From: Calditrichales bacterium
Lineage (GTDB): Bacteria; Calditrichota; Calditrichia; Calditrichales; J004
Assembly (NCBI GenBank): GCA_965267575.1
Contig: OZ254086.1
Coordinates: forward strand, 3,584,001 to 3,648,000
Reading direction: 5' to 3'
Length of the DNA stretch: 64,000 nucleotides
In this document: positions 19,915 to 29,738 of the stretch, piece by piece
Numbering within the stretch: position 1 is the first letter of the stretch
Layout: every line of letters starts with the position of its first letter
Made by a program: the position numbers and the translations under genes
Notes under the pieces: model-generated
What the model was told of the DNA's origin: nothing
Seen by the model: the letters and a program-made list of their open reading frames with translations, nothing else
The model's database searches: none

Positions 19915-20430
19915 TTAGTTAGTAAGAGCGAATTTAAACGTCCCGCTGGTAACAACAGCTTCATTTCCGTTTGGAGCACCGGTATCCGCGTTAATTCCGA
20001 TAGCCGTGAACTCAAACGTGCCTTCAACCTGTGTGTCGGAAATAGTGTCGATCGTAATGCTGCCGCTACCTTCTATATCGTTTACAACAAAATACTCAGA
20101 TTCATCGATGGTGCTGTATTGGGCTTCATCCAAATCAAATGTGCCCACAGCCGGGTCAGTCAGGACGAGCGTTATGGAGCTTGGCGGATTGGCCGTTGAA
20201 AAAATGCCGACGATCGATAGCTCTGAATCAAAAAGCAATGCCGATCCAAGATCCGTGCAAATGGTCTGGGAATTTACTTTTGCGCTCATCAGATTGCCGG
20301 TTCTGCTTTCACATGGTGCGCTGTTGGACGGGCCTGAAGAAGAAGAATCTTCTGAGCTGCACGAGAGCACGGCAAAAAAGCAAAAGAAAATAGCAGCAAG
20401 TATACGGGGAAATGTGGTAAATAAATTCAT
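19915..20430 (-). CDS. Putative lipoprotein (beta-rich, DUF6252-like)
   Basis: Lipobox-like 'VLSC', Ser-rich linker, C-terminal 'VEGTFEFTA...VTSGTF'. Confidence 0.7.
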   Translation of the reverse strand: MNLFTTFPRILAAIFFCFFAVLSCSSEDSSSSGPSNSAPCESRTGNLMSAKVNSQTICTDLGSALLFDSELSIVGIFSTANPPSSITLVLTDPAVGTFDLDEAQYSTIDESEYFVVNDIEGSGSITIDTISDTQVEGTFEFTAIGINADTGAPNGNEAVVTSGTFKFALTN

Positions 20431-20653
20431 GCGGGCCTCCTCGAGGTGGGTTGTAAGTTTGCCCAAAATTCGGGCATGTCTAAATGCAAAACGCAGATAA
20501 AAACGCGTGACACGCGCTTGAGATTTGGATGTTAGAAAAAAAGTATAATAGTAATGAGAGTAATACAGGTCAAATTTGGCTGGTTTGCTATCCCGTTTTT
20601 ACTGACGCGGATACTTTTTTATATTGGGCTCGTTCAGAGCAACAGGTTTTATT

Positions 20654-21520
20654 ATGTTCGAATCCATCCTTGGCTTTTTTGAGAGTATACCGCCGGTTTA
20701 CCGCACCATCATGCTGGTGACGGGCCTGGTGCTGCTGTGGGCGCTGGAAGGGGCGCTGCCGCTGTTTTCCTTTCGCTACAATAAATTTAAACATGCCTTG
20801 CCCAATCTGTTTTTTACCTTAACGACGGCCGTTGTAAATTTTTCGCTGGCCTGGCTTTTGGTAAGCAGCGCGCGTTTTACTTCAGCGGAGCAATTTGGCC
20901 TGCTTTACCTGGTTGATCTTCCGCTGTGGCTGCATGTCATACTGGGCGTTATGCTGCTGGATTTCGTCGGCGCCTGGCTGATCCACTGGATCGAGCACAA
21001 GGTGCGCTGGATGTGGAAATTTCATGTTATCCATCACAGTGATGTTAATGTGGACGTCACCACGGCATTGCGTCACCATCCGGGCGAAAGTTTTTTCCGT
21101 GCCACGTTCACAATCCTTGGTGTGTTGATTGCCGGCGTGCCGATTGGCGTTGTTTTCCTTTACCAGTCACTTTCCGCTTTGTTTGCGCAGCTTACGCACG
21201 CCAACATCAGCCTGCCGCCAAGAATAGACGCTCTTTTGTCCTGGGTGATTGTTAGTCCCAACATGCATAAAGTGCACCATCACTATAAGCAACCGCTTAC
21301 CGACAGCAATTACGGCAACATTTTTGCTATTTGGGACAGGCTGTTTGGTACATTCCGGAAGGTTGACAATTCGCGCACACTTACCTATGGCATAGATACG
21401 CATATGAATGAGAAAGAACACAGCCGCCTGCGAAACCTTCTGGCCATTCCATTTCAACCATATCGTAAACCGGGTGGTGACATTGAAGATACCAATTTTG
21501 ATAACAGGAGAAACAGATGA
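20654..21520 (+). CDS. Sterol desaturase / fatty-acid hydroxylase family protein
   Basis: His boxes HWIEH, HVIHH, HKVHH; 'SNYGNIFAIWDRLFGT'. Confidence 0.9.
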   Translation: MFESILGFFESIPPVYRTIMLVTGLVLLWALEGALPLFSFRYNKFKHALPNLFFTLTTAVVNFSLAWLLVSSARFTSAEQFGLLYLVDLPLWLHVILGVMLLDFVGAWLIHWIEHKVRWMWKFHVIHHSDVNVDVTTALRHHPGESFFRATFTILGVLIAGVPIGVVFLYQSLSALFAQLTHANISLPPRIDALLSWVIVSPNMHKVHHHYKQPLTDSNYGNIFAIWDRLFGTFRKVDNSRTLTYGIDTHMNEKEHSRLRNLLAIPFQPYRKPGGDIEDTNFDNRRNR

Positions 21521-21879
21521 ATCTGGGACAATTTTCAATCAGCCTGGCGGTAAAGGACATCAAAGCATCACGCGCGTTTTACGAAAAGCTGGGCTTTGAA
21601 GCATATGACGACCACGAAGACGAGAACTGGCTGATCCTGCACAATGGGGACACATTTATCGGGTTGTTCCAGGGTATGTTTGAGGGCAACGTACTTACAT
21701 TCCAGACGCCGAATGTGCGTGATGTACAAAGGCAAGTAAAGGCAGCTGGCATAAAGCCTGTGGCCGTGGCGGATGAAGCGGGCAGCGGACCGGCCCATAT
21801 GATGTTACAGGATCCTGACGGTAACACCCTGCTTATGGATCAACACGATCCAAAATACAAACCCACCAGCGCGAAATAG
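21517..21879 (+). CDS. VOC/glyoxalase family protein
   Basis: 'FSISLAVKDIKASRAFYEKLGF ... DPDGN'. Confidence 0.9.
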   Translation: MNLGQFSISLAVKDIKASRAFYEKLGFEAYDDHEDENWLILHNGDTFIGLFQGMFEGNVLTFQTPNVRDVQRQVKAAGIKPVAVADEAGSGPAHMMLQDPDGNTLLMDQHDPKYKPTSAK

Positions 21880-21974
21880 CAGGGAAAACAATCGCAAAAA
21901 AAACGGAAATTTTATTTATTCATGGCGTTTAGTTTATGTAAATTTTATTCCCCGCCTGTAACAGCGGAGGCTAT

Positions 21975-22691
21975 ATGAAAGCTTTTTGTTCCCTTCTTGT
22001 GTTGCTGCTTGCAGCTACAATCTCCCGCGCTGAAACCATATCCGCAGAAGTAAAAGACGATTCCGTCATTATTCATAATAGCGAAGCCTACGAACACTGC
22101 GGCTTCTCCGTTGTTTTTGACGTGGTTGTTAACGATGATGTTATAACTATTGTTGAACGTGATACGATGCTGGATTTTACAACCTGCTATTGCTATTTCG
22201 ATTTTGCCCTGACCCTTACCGGACTTGAAACCGGCAGTTATACGGTAAAAGTGTATCGCAAATGGAGCGCTTCTTTCATGCCGGACACGTTGGTTTACAT
22301 AGGCAGCACGGAGTTTAGCTTTGAGCCGCAAAACGCTTTGGCCTATTCCGAAACGGGCTACCGCAGCGGCTGTTACACAATCGATGATCTGGAAGAGCGT
22401 GAACAAACCATCCGGCATTTTGACCTGCTGCCCAATTATCCTAATCCGTTTAATCCGCAAACGGTGATTCCTTTCAACCTACCGCAGGCCGGACCCGTGA
22501 ATGTAGCTGTTTACGATGTGAGCGGCAGGCTGGTACGTACGCTGCTAAATGACGCGCTTTCGGCGGGCAGCCACCATCTGCTCTGGAACGGGGTGAATGA
22601 TGGAGGAAAAGCCATGCCGGCGGGCATTTATTTTGTGCGGCTTACGCAGCAGGGACATTCACTTACGCGCAAGATGGTTTTGTTGCCATAA
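21975..22691 (+). CDS. Secreted protein with C-terminal T9SS-like/FlgD-Ig domain
   Basis: Signal peptide; 'NYPNPFNPQT...YDVSGRLVRTL...WNG...GIYFVRL'. Confidence 0.8.
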   Translation: MKAFCSLLVLLLAATISRAETISAEVKDDSVIIHNSEAYEHCGFSVVFDVVVNDDVITIVERDTMLDFTTCYCYFDFALTLTGLETGSYTVKVYRKWSASFMPDTLVYIGSTEFSFEPQNALAYSETGYRSGCYTIDDLEEREQTIRHFDLLPNYPNPFNPQTVIPFNLPQAGPVNVAVYDVSGRLVRTLLNDALSAGSHHLLWNGVNDGGKAMPAGIYFVRLTQQGHSLTRKMVLLP

Positions 22692-22802
22692 GCGCTTATT
22701 GATATAGCCTGAGACGCTGCCGTGCGTCTCTATATATGGCATTTGGATTTGAGTCTGGGGGTTGCCTATTTTTGTGCAATTCAAAATAACGGAGAAAAAT
22801 CC

Positions 22803-23069
22803 ATGTGCCGTAATATCCGAACGCTTTATAATTTTGAGCCACCCGCCACTGAAAAAGAAATCCGCGCTTCCTCGTTACAGTATGTGCGGAAGATATCCGG
22901 CTTTACCAAACCCTCCCAGGCAAACCAGGAAATATTTGACCGCGCCGTTGAAGAAATCGCCGAAGTAACACGCCGCCTTCTGGATTGCCTTGTGACCAAC
23001 GCCCCGCCCAAAAATCGGGAAGAAGAAGCTGCCAAAGCACGTGCCCGTGCCGCAAAACGTTTTGCCTGA
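22803..23069 (+). CDS. DUF2277-family protein
   Basis: 'MCRNIRTLYNFEPPATEKEIRASSLQYVRKISG'. Confidence 0.85.
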   Translation: MCRNIRTLYNFEPPATEKEIRASSLQYVRKISGFTKPSQANQEIFDRAVEEIAEVTRRLLDCLVTNAPPKNREEEAAKARARAAKRFA

Positions 23070-23135
23070 TAACGTTTTAGGTTTGTTAATCTTTTGTGAA
23101 TCCTGAAAGGTAAACTTGTGCCAAAAGGAGGCTTA

Positions 23136-23798
23136 ATGAAAAAGAACTTGCTTTTTGTTGTCTTATTGTGTGTTGTTACAATTCTCCCTGCGCAGGAAAA
23201 GGATGCGTGGCTGCTTGAAGGCGGGATTACCTTTAACCACTTTCAGCAACAGGTGAAAGCAGAGGTGGGCGATCCCCGCGGCGAGCGGTTGATTAACATT
23301 TTCGAATTAGGCGCGCATGCTGCGGCCACGTGGAAGTGGAAGGACTATTTGGCTTTTGGTCTGTTTATGCGCATTGATCGCGGGCAGCGAAATATGGCAA
23401 GTTTTGCCGGTTTCGACGACGAGGGCAAAACCACGGTAACAAATGAAATTGGCGGCACCTACTGGGAATTCTGGGCCGGACCGCTGGTCCAGGCATTCTG
23501 GCGACAATTTTCACTGGAGCTTGGCTACGGGCTTATCGGGTTGCGTAAGGATCTGGGTAGGGGCGACATTCCCAATCAGAGCGGTGAAACGGGCGGTGTT
23601 TTTTCGCTTAATCCACAGGTAGCCTGGCTCGTCAATCTGGGTGGATACATCCCGATTAACAAACAGTGGGATGTGGCGTTAAAGCTGGAATACCGCGGCC
23701 GTTACTACCTGGAGCGCGGCGGTGAAAAACTGATCAATAACATTGATCATGGCACGCAGAGCGTGGTGCCCGTTTTAGGCGTGCGCTACAAACTTTGA
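23136..23798 (+). CDS. Putative outer-membrane beta-barrel protein
   Basis: Signal peptide, alternating amphipathic strands, C-terminal 'LGVRYKL'. Confidence 0.7.
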   Translation: MKKNLLFVVLLCVVTILPAQEKDAWLLEGGITFNHFQQQVKAEVGDPRGERLINIFELGAHAAATWKWKDYLAFGLFMRIDRGQRNMASFAGFDDEGKTTVTNEIGGTYWEFWAGPLVQAFWRQFSLELGYGLIGLRKDLGRGDIPNQSGETGGVFSLNPQVAWLVNLGGYIPINKQWDVALKLEYRGRYYLERGGEKLINNIDHGTQSVVPVLGVRYKL

Positions 23799-23890
23799 GC
23801 GGAGGCATTTTGCTTTTCGCGGGGTGTGTTAGTATGATTGCGAAATAAAATGGTTTATTTTATTCAAAGTTACCTTCCCTGGAGGTCGTC

Positions 23891-24931
23891 ATGTACCCCG
23901 CAAAATTTCTCCTCTTTTTATTACCTGTATTAGCTTTATCGCAGAGCATTTCATCCAAAACAGCTCTGCTGTTTAACGGCGCGTCGGACTGGGTGCGTAT
24001 TGAAGACCATGCCAGCCTTAACCCGCAAGATCAAATCACGCTTGAAGCATGGGTTTTTTCGGAACAGTTTGACCGCAGCTCGTGGCAGGAATTCATAATG
24101 AAGGGCGGTAACAATCCCGGCGGCGGAGAACCCCGGCAATATTACTTGCGTCCGCGCAAAGACAACGGCCAGCTGGAATTTAAGATTCATGACCTGAACG
24201 ATGACGACAAAGGCGAGAGTTCCGATTCCTCTCTGACCAATAGCCAATGGCATCATGTGGCTGCAACGTATGATGGAGCTGTAATACGGCTGTATATTAA
24301 CGGGCAGCATGCCGATTCTGACAGTGAATCCGTTACTATCCAGGTCAGTGATCAGCCGCTTGCATTTGGCCGTCTGGGCAGTGTGGGAGCCGAATATTTT
24401 TCGGGCATTATGGATGAAATCCGTATTTGGAACGTAGCCCGTAGCGGAGAGGCTCTGCGTCGAACCATGAAAGACACGCTGGGCCCCGACTACTATCGCA
24501 GCGCCGACAGCGGACTGGTGGGCTACTGGCGTTTTGATGAAGCGGGTGGCGACAGTACGTATGACTTGTCTGTTTACGGAAACCATGGCCAGGTTATCGG
24601 GGCAAGTTTTGTGGAATCCGGTGCTTTTACATCTTTAGAAGATCATCCCTCGATTATATTGCAACCCAGGCTTATAACTCTGCTGGGTAATTATCCTAAT
24701 CCATTTAACCCAAAGACGACCATCCGCTATAGCCTTGGCCAAAGGGCCGAATTATTTTTTGAAGTTTTTGATATCAAAGGCAGAACAATCGAAAAACGCA
24801 GCCTTGGGCTTCAGAGGGCAGGCGACCATTCGTTAAGCTACGACGCAGGTATATTGACAAGCGGTGTGTATTACTACCGTCTGCGCGGACAAGCTGAGTC
24901 AGCGTCGGGGCGTATGTTGCTGATCAAGTAA
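23891..24931 (+). CDS. LamG/concanavalin-like domain protein with T9SS-like C-terminal domain
   Basis: 'ITLEAWV', 'WHHVAATYDG..IRLYING', 'GIMDEIRIWN', 'LVGYWRFDE'; C-terminal 'NYPNPFNP'. Confidence 0.85.
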   Translation: MYPAKFLLFLLPVLALSQSISSKTALLFNGASDWVRIEDHASLNPQDQITLEAWVFSEQFDRSSWQEFIMKGGNNPGGGEPRQYYLRPRKDNGQLEFKIHDLNDDDKGESSDSSLTNSQWHHVAATYDGAVIRLYINGQHADSDSESVTIQVSDQPLAFGRLGSVGAEYFSGIMDEIRIWNVARSGEALRRTMKDTLGPDYYRSADSGLVGYWRFDEAGGDSTYDLSVYGNHGQVIGASFVESGAFTSLEDHPSIILQPRLITLLGNYPNPFNPKTTIRYSLGQRAELFFEVFDIKGRTIEKRSLGLQRAGDHSLSYDAGILTSGVYYYRLRGQAESASGRMLLIK

Positions 24932-24965
24932 ATATTAATGATTGCGAAGTTTAAGAAAAGGTTAT

Positions 24966-25007
24966 AAAAAAAGGCCGGCAGGCAATGCTTCCGGCCTTTG
25001 TTTTTTT
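24966..25007. terminator. Bidirectional intrinsic terminator
   Basis: A-run, AAGGCCGG...CCGGCCTT stem, T-run, between convergent genes. Confidence 0.8.
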
Positions 25008-26991
25008 AGCGCAGGTGAACAAAAGGTGTCGGTTTATGCTCTCCCTGGATGAATTGGTTATGCATGATATGAAGACCCAGGATATGATTCATCAGCGCAT
25101 CTTTCCGAACCAGTGAGACCGTTTCCTTATCTTTTTTGTATTCTTCCACAAACTTTTTCAGGCGTTTCGGATCAAATAAACCAACCGTTCGGATCTGTTC
25201 TTCATTTAGGAACGTATCGATCAGTTTGTCGAGTGCGTGGCGCTTTTTCTCTTCGGTATGTCCGGGCGGGGCCATAAAGGCGAACTTTTCGCGTTTGTAG
25301 AGCGTCTCCGGCAATATATTGCGCATAGCCTCACGCAGCACCCACTTTTCGGTGTTGCCGCGGATACGGAAAATCGGTGGAATATTGCGCGCAGTCTCTG
25401 CCACATGGTGATCGAGAAAAGCAGGACGCGATTCCATGGAGTTAGCCATGTCCACGCGGTCGCCGCCCCAATTAAGAATCTGGCATTCCAACATCGTCTT
25501 AATCCACGTATATTGGGTCATGTCCAGGACATCGCGGTCTTTTACCTGGTTGGGATCAAGGGAATCGGCGATGGCGGCCACCGGGTCGTAGCCTTCAATT
25601 TCATTAAGGATATTATCACTTAACAGTGGTTTGGCCAAACGCAGCGTAAGGATCCAGGGTTGTATCCATGAAGGCGTAAAACCGCACAAGTCTTCAAAAG
25701 CCTCATGCGTCACATCTTCCTCGGCCAGGATAGCGCCGGTGAAAACAGCGTTGGATGCTTCCATTTGTGCGAGAAATTCTTCTTTCTCGTTTTCCGGCAA
25801 ATCATCCAGACCGTGGCGCAGAAAATCGCGCTTGAAAAAAGGATAACCGCCAAAAAGCTCATCGGAACCCTCACCGGTTACCACCACTTTATAACCGGAT
25901 TCGTGCACGCGTTTGCTCATGCACCACTTTGCCACACCAAGCGTGTTATAAAATGTTCGTTCGGCATGCCACATGGTGGTGATATAGTTATCACCATATA
26001 GCTCGTCCGCGGCCAGATTCAGTACTTCCTGATCGGCACTGACCATTTCTGCCATCTCTTTGGCAATATGCGATTCATCGTAGGCTTTATGGTCAAAGCT
26101 TATTGTAAACGCCTTTACCGGTGATTGCTGCGAGCTGGAAGCCAGTCCCAGCATGGAGCAGCTGTCAATCCCGCCGGAGAGGTAACAACCCACGGGAACG
26201 TCCGCTTCCAGACGGTGCTGAACGGATTCAAGCAGCTTATCCTGCACCTGGTCTATGTAATAGTCAGCCGGTCTATGGTCTTTGTGCGCGCCCTTAAGCG
26301 GGAAGTTCATATCCCAATAGCGGTTTTCGTGTATATCAAAACGATCGCCTTTTTCTCGCACGATGAGCATATGTCCGGGCTTTACGGCATAAATGTCTTC
26401 AAAAGCGGTGGTGCCCGGCACCATGGTGTGCATAAGCTGGTTCAGCGTTGCTTTGGCGCTCATCTTCTTAGGTACCTGCGGGTGGGCCAGAATCGCCTTG
26501 ATCTCGGAGCCGTAATAAAGCTCGCTGCCGTTAAAGTGAAAATAGATCGGCTTGATACCGAAGCGATCGCGCACAAGAATAAGCTGGCGCTTTTCGGCAT
26601 CATACAGAGTAAAAGCAAATTCTCCGCGCAGATGGTTTACGAAATCGAGCCCGTGTTTGCGGTACAGGTGAAGAGCGATCTCGCTGTCCGATTTTGTGAC
26701 AAACCGAAAACCTTCCATTGTCAGGTTACTGCGGATCCGCTTGTAGTCATAAAACTCGCCGTTTACGGTCAGCACCTGCTTTTTGTCCTGGCTGTACAAG
26801 GGCTGGTTGCCCGTCTCCAGGTCAATAATCGACAGGCGGGCGTGACCCATGGCCAATCCCTTTTCCTTGTCGATGTGCGCGCCGGTGCCATCCGGTCCGC
26901 GGTGCGAAATGGACAACAGCATGTTGTCTACAATTTTTTCCGGCTCTTGTGTAAAGCCTTTTGGTTGCCAGTATCCGGCAATACCACACAT
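25006..26991 (-). CDS. asnB: Asparagine-synthase-like glutamine amidotransferase (AsnB/AsnO family)
   Basis: N-terminal MCGIAG (Ntn Cys), HRGPD, NGEFY, SGGIDS PP-loop, TGEGSDELFGGY; GGAGG RBS. Confidence 0.9.
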   Translation of the reverse strand: MCGIAGYWQPKGFTQEPEKIVDNMLLSISHRGPDGTGAHIDKEKGLAMGHARLSIIDLETGNQPLYSQDKKQVLTVNGEFYDYKRIRSNLTMEGFRFVTKSDSEIALHLYRKHGLDFVNHLRGEFAFTLYDAEKRQLILVRDRFGIKPIYFHFNGSELYYGSEIKAILAHPQVPKKMSAKATLNQLMHTMVPGTTAFEDIYAVKPGHMLIVREKGDRFDIHENRYWDMNFPLKGAHKDHRPADYYIDQVQDKLLESVQHRLEADVPVGCYLSGGIDSCSMLGLASSSQQSPVKAFTISFDHKAYDESHIAKEMAEMVSADQEVLNLAADELYGDNYITTMWHAERTFYNTLGVAKWCMSKRVHESGYKVVVTGEGSDELFGGYPFFKRDFLRHGLDDLPENEKEEFLAQMEASNAVFTGAILAEEDVTHEAFEDLCGFTPSWIQPWILTLRLAKPLLSDNILNEIEGYDPVAAIADSLDPNQVKDRDVLDMTQYTWIKTMLECQILNWGGDRVDMANSMESRPAFLDHHVAETARNIPPIFRIRGNTEKWVLREAMRNILPETLYKREKFAFMAPPGHTEEKKRHALDKLIDTFLNEEQIRTVGLFDPKRLKKFVEEYKKDKETVSLVRKDALMNHILGLHIMHNQFIQGEHKPTPFVHLR

Positions 26992-27004
26992 AGATAATTC
27001 CTCC

Positions 27005-27047
27005 AAAAAAGAGACCGGTCTGTGAAAACAGAACCGGTCCTGTTTTT
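27005..27047 (-). terminator. Terminator-like hairpin immediately before the asnB RBS
   Basis: Minus strand GACCGGTTCTG-TTTTCA-CAGACCGGTC then TCTTTTTT GGAGG. Confidence 0.5.
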
Positions 27048-27062
27048 AATTTTTGTATTCGG

Positions 27063-28148
27063 TTATTTTGTAGGGATCGTATCCGGCAGATGATCGAAAC
27101 GGTTGAGCATGGAAATGAGCAGAGCCTGCCTGATAAAGACAGCACCATGCGCCTGCGTGAAGTAAAGATTATGACTGGTCTCGTCAAGGTCTGTACTCAG
27201 TTCATCCAGACGCGCCAGCGGGTGCAGAATAACCGCTTCTTTTTTCAGATTACTGCTTTTGCTCAGTTTGTAGCGTGAATCCAGGTTTTGATAGCTGTCG
27301 CCAAGCAGGGTGATGGAGTTCATGTAAATTACATCCAGATCGCCGATAACTTTGTTAAGGTCATTGGTGATCGAAAATTCTACACCGGACTTTTCCAGCT
27401 CTTCGCGTACGTCTTCGCCGAGTGGATCGGCCATCTCCGATACGATGGTGATATTATTGATATTCTCTTTGAACAGCAGCGACATATACAGGAAGCTTTT
27501 TACTGCGCGCATGCGTCCGGGCGTTCCCAGAATGCCCATGTTGATTTTTTCGGAAGGCTTGACGGTGCTTTTCAGCTCGGGACGCCATTTAAGCAGCGCA
27601 TACCAGTCTGATAAGGCTTGCGTCGGGTGCTCACCTGTACCGTTGCCCGCGTTGATCAGCGGAAGGCGCAAACGCTCCATCAGTTCACCGGGTGCTTCGG
27701 TGCGCGTGTTGCGCATAATAACCAGGTCGCCGTAAGCGTTGAACATTTCGCCGATATCCTGTATCGATTCGCCTTTGGCGCGTCCCGTCATTTTGCCCTC
27801 GGCGATGCTGATGATCTTGCCGTCCAATCGCAGTACGGCGCTTTCGAACGATGTGCGTGTGCGGGTGCTGGCCTCGAAAAAGGCCGTAATGACAATCTTG
27901 CCGTCCAACGGGTGGCTGGAGGCAACTTCTGTGGCTTCCAGCAGGCTGGCAAACTTACACAGTTCAGAAACAAGCTTTTTATCAAATTGTTTGCTGGAAA
28001 TAACAGATTGACCCACAAGGTATTTCAGAATGTTCAGGTCCAGCCGGTCGTCACTCAGCAGCTCTTCCGGGTTGGGATAGAGCCCGCCGGATTTTAGCGG
28101 ATCCTGTATTTCAAGGGTGTCGGCGCTTTGTTTGTTTATTTTATCCAT
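27063..28148 (-). CDS. Aspartate/ornithine carbamoyltransferase-family protein, PyrB-like but with a divergent acceptor site
   Basis: FFEASTRT, KGES, NAGNG..EHPTQ and HPLAR are present. The 'TRxQ' motif is replaced by 'YMNSITL'. ATG overlaps the upstream stop (TAATG). Confidence 0.88.
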   Translation of the reverse strand: MDKINKQSADTLEIQDPLKSGGLYPNPEELLSDDRLDLNILKYLVGQSVISSKQFDKKLVSELCKFASLLEATEVASSHPLDGKIVITAFFEASTRTRTSFESAVLRLDGKIISIAEGKMTGRAKGESIQDIGEMFNAYGDLVIMRNTRTEAPGELMERLRLPLINAGNGTGEHPTQALSDWYALLKWRPELKSTVKPSEKINMGILGTPGRMRAVKSFLYMSLLFKENINNITIVSEMADPLGEDVREELEKSGVEFSITNDLNKVIGDLDVIYMNSITLLGDSYQNLDSRYKLSKSSNLKKEAVILHPLARLDELSTDLDETSHNLYFTQAHGAVFIRQALLISMLNRFDHLPDTIPTK

Positions 28149-28270
28149 TACCAAACCTCATCTCTTTTAATGTCACGGACTAAAAATGTTAATAGTGTAA
28201 TAACAGCGATCGTTGTCAGTATTAAAGCTCCAATCACGATGCCCGATAAAAATCCTTCTGTAAATAGCAT
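28148..28270 (-). CDS. 40-aa single-TM membrane peptide (MLFTEGFLSGIVIGALILTTIAVITLLTFLVRDIKRDEVW)
   Basis: Translated by hand. Fills the gap between the symporter and the carbamoyltransferase and is tightly coupled at both ends. Confidence 0.75.
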   Translation of the reverse strand: MLFTEGFLSGIVIGALILTTIAVITLLTFLVRDIKRDEVW

Positions 28271-28271
28271 G

Positions 28272-29717
28272 TCATGATCCTTTCGCTACGGGGATGTCTT
28301 CTTCATTCAATCGTGACCAACTGAATGTCTCTTTTGAAAAAACCGTAAATGAGATGGTTATCACCATCGATACAGCAGTGCCGATAAGTGAAGAGGTGTA
28401 CCAGCCGATTTGAAAGTAGGCGATCAGACCACAGATTGTGCCGCCAACCATCCCTACGATTGCCGCCTTTGCGTTTACTTTTTTCCAGAAAAGACCGGTT
28501 ACGATTGGCCAGATCGCGCTGCCCACCATGGGGCCGGCGAAAAAGAGAATGGTTGCCAGTGTTCCGATGCGCGGAAGGCAAACCAGCCAGGTAAAAAAGC
28601 CCAGGCCGATAACGATAACCGCGGACATTTTGCGCAGCTGCTGGTCTGTAGATTTGGGGCGCAAAAGCTTGCGGTAAATATCTTCGGTGATCAGATCGGA
28701 GGTTGCGGCCAGCAGGCTGTCGATGCTGGAAGCCAGCGACGCAAACAGGATAATAAAGACAACGATGGAACCAATCTTGCCCAGCAGATGAGAGGCCACG
28801 AGCGGACCTACCATATCTGGGCTGGTAATGTTAAGCCCAAGGGCGCCGGTGGAAAGGGCAAAGAAGCCTGCCGCAACCGGTACGGGCAGCCAGAAAATGC
28901 CGGACAGCAGATAGGCCTTAAAACCTATCCCTTTGCGCATGGCAAAAGCACGGCTCCACCACACGTTACTGTGAAATATCTCTCCTATGCCAAACAGAAG
29001 GTTGTTAAAGAACGCCATAATAGCCGCGGGCATCAGCACGGTTATCAGCATGGGGCTTTGTGTTTCCAGGTTGTCGTGCACAACGTGAAAGTCGGTGTAG
29101 CTTAGGATCCCGGCGCCGACGGCGGTTATGCCCACAAGTATGATCAGGCTCTGGATATAGTCCGTTCCGATTACCGCAAACAAACCACCGAACAGCGTAT
29201 ACACAACGCAGACAAAAAGTATAATCGACATGCCGTATTTATAGGGTATGCCGGAAATAGCATTCATCAGAATGCCGCCGGCCATGCCCATACTCACCAG
29301 CCAGGTGATACTGTAAAAAATGGAAATTGCCAGAAATACGATCCACGCCGCTTTACCATAACGCAGGCGGATAAAATCACCGCTGGTATAGCCGTTTGGC
29401 ATCAGGTGACGGATGCGTTTGGCCAGGGGTGCAAATAAAAACAACCCGAATGACGCGGTGGAATAGGCCAGCATGCCCCATATACCTAATTGCAGGGCGA
29501 ATTGCGGCGCCAGCATGGTCGTATTGGAGGTGATCCAGGTGGCCATTGCCGTTGCCGTTCCGAAAGCCAGGCCCACGTTACGGCCGGCCAGCATGTAACC
29601 TTCCATGCCTTTGGCCTTTTTACCCCAGTAAACACCAAGAGCAATCCAGATGACGCCAAGAATGGCCAGCAAAATCCAGCCAATAGTAGGGTCCAGTACA
29701 GCTGATCTGTAATCCAA
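28272..29717 (-). CDS. Sodium:solute symporter (SSS/PutP/DUR3-like)
   Basis: About 13 TM; 'YMLAGRNVG', 'YTLFGGLFAVIGTDYIQ', 'ASLASSIDSLLAA'; TTG start after GGAG. Confidence 0.9.
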   Translation of the reverse strand: MDYRSAVLDPTIGWILLAILGVIWIALGVYWGKKAKGMEGYMLAGRNVGLAFGTATAMATWITSNTTMLAPQFALQLGIWGMLAYSTASFGLFLFAPLAKRIRHLMPNGYTSGDFIRLRYGKAAWIVFLAISIFYSITWLVSMGMAGGILMNAISGIPYKYGMSIILFVCVVYTLFGGLFAVIGTDYIQSLIILVGITAVGAGILSYTDFHVVHDNLETQSPMLITVLMPAAIMAFFNNLLFGIGEIFHSNVWWSRAFAMRKGIGFKAYLLSGIFWLPVPVAAGFFALSTGALGLNITSPDMVGPLVASHLLGKIGSIVVFIILFASLASSIDSLLAATSDLITEDIYRKLLRPKSTDQQLRKMSAVIVIGLGFFTWLVCLPRIGTLATILFFAGPMVGSAIWPIVTGLFWKKVNAKAAIVGMVGGTICGLIAYFQIGWYTSSLIGTAVSMVITISFTVFSKETFSWSRLNEEDIPVAKGS

Positions 29718-29738
29718 AAATAATTCTCCGCTTTAAGG

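Noticed and set aside
26125..26997. 290-aa plus-strand ORF
   Set aside because: Antisense shadow of the asnB-like gene.
27063..28148. Calling this gene pyrB
   Set aside because: The aspartate-binding Arg/Gln motif is absent and there is no pyrimidine gene context.
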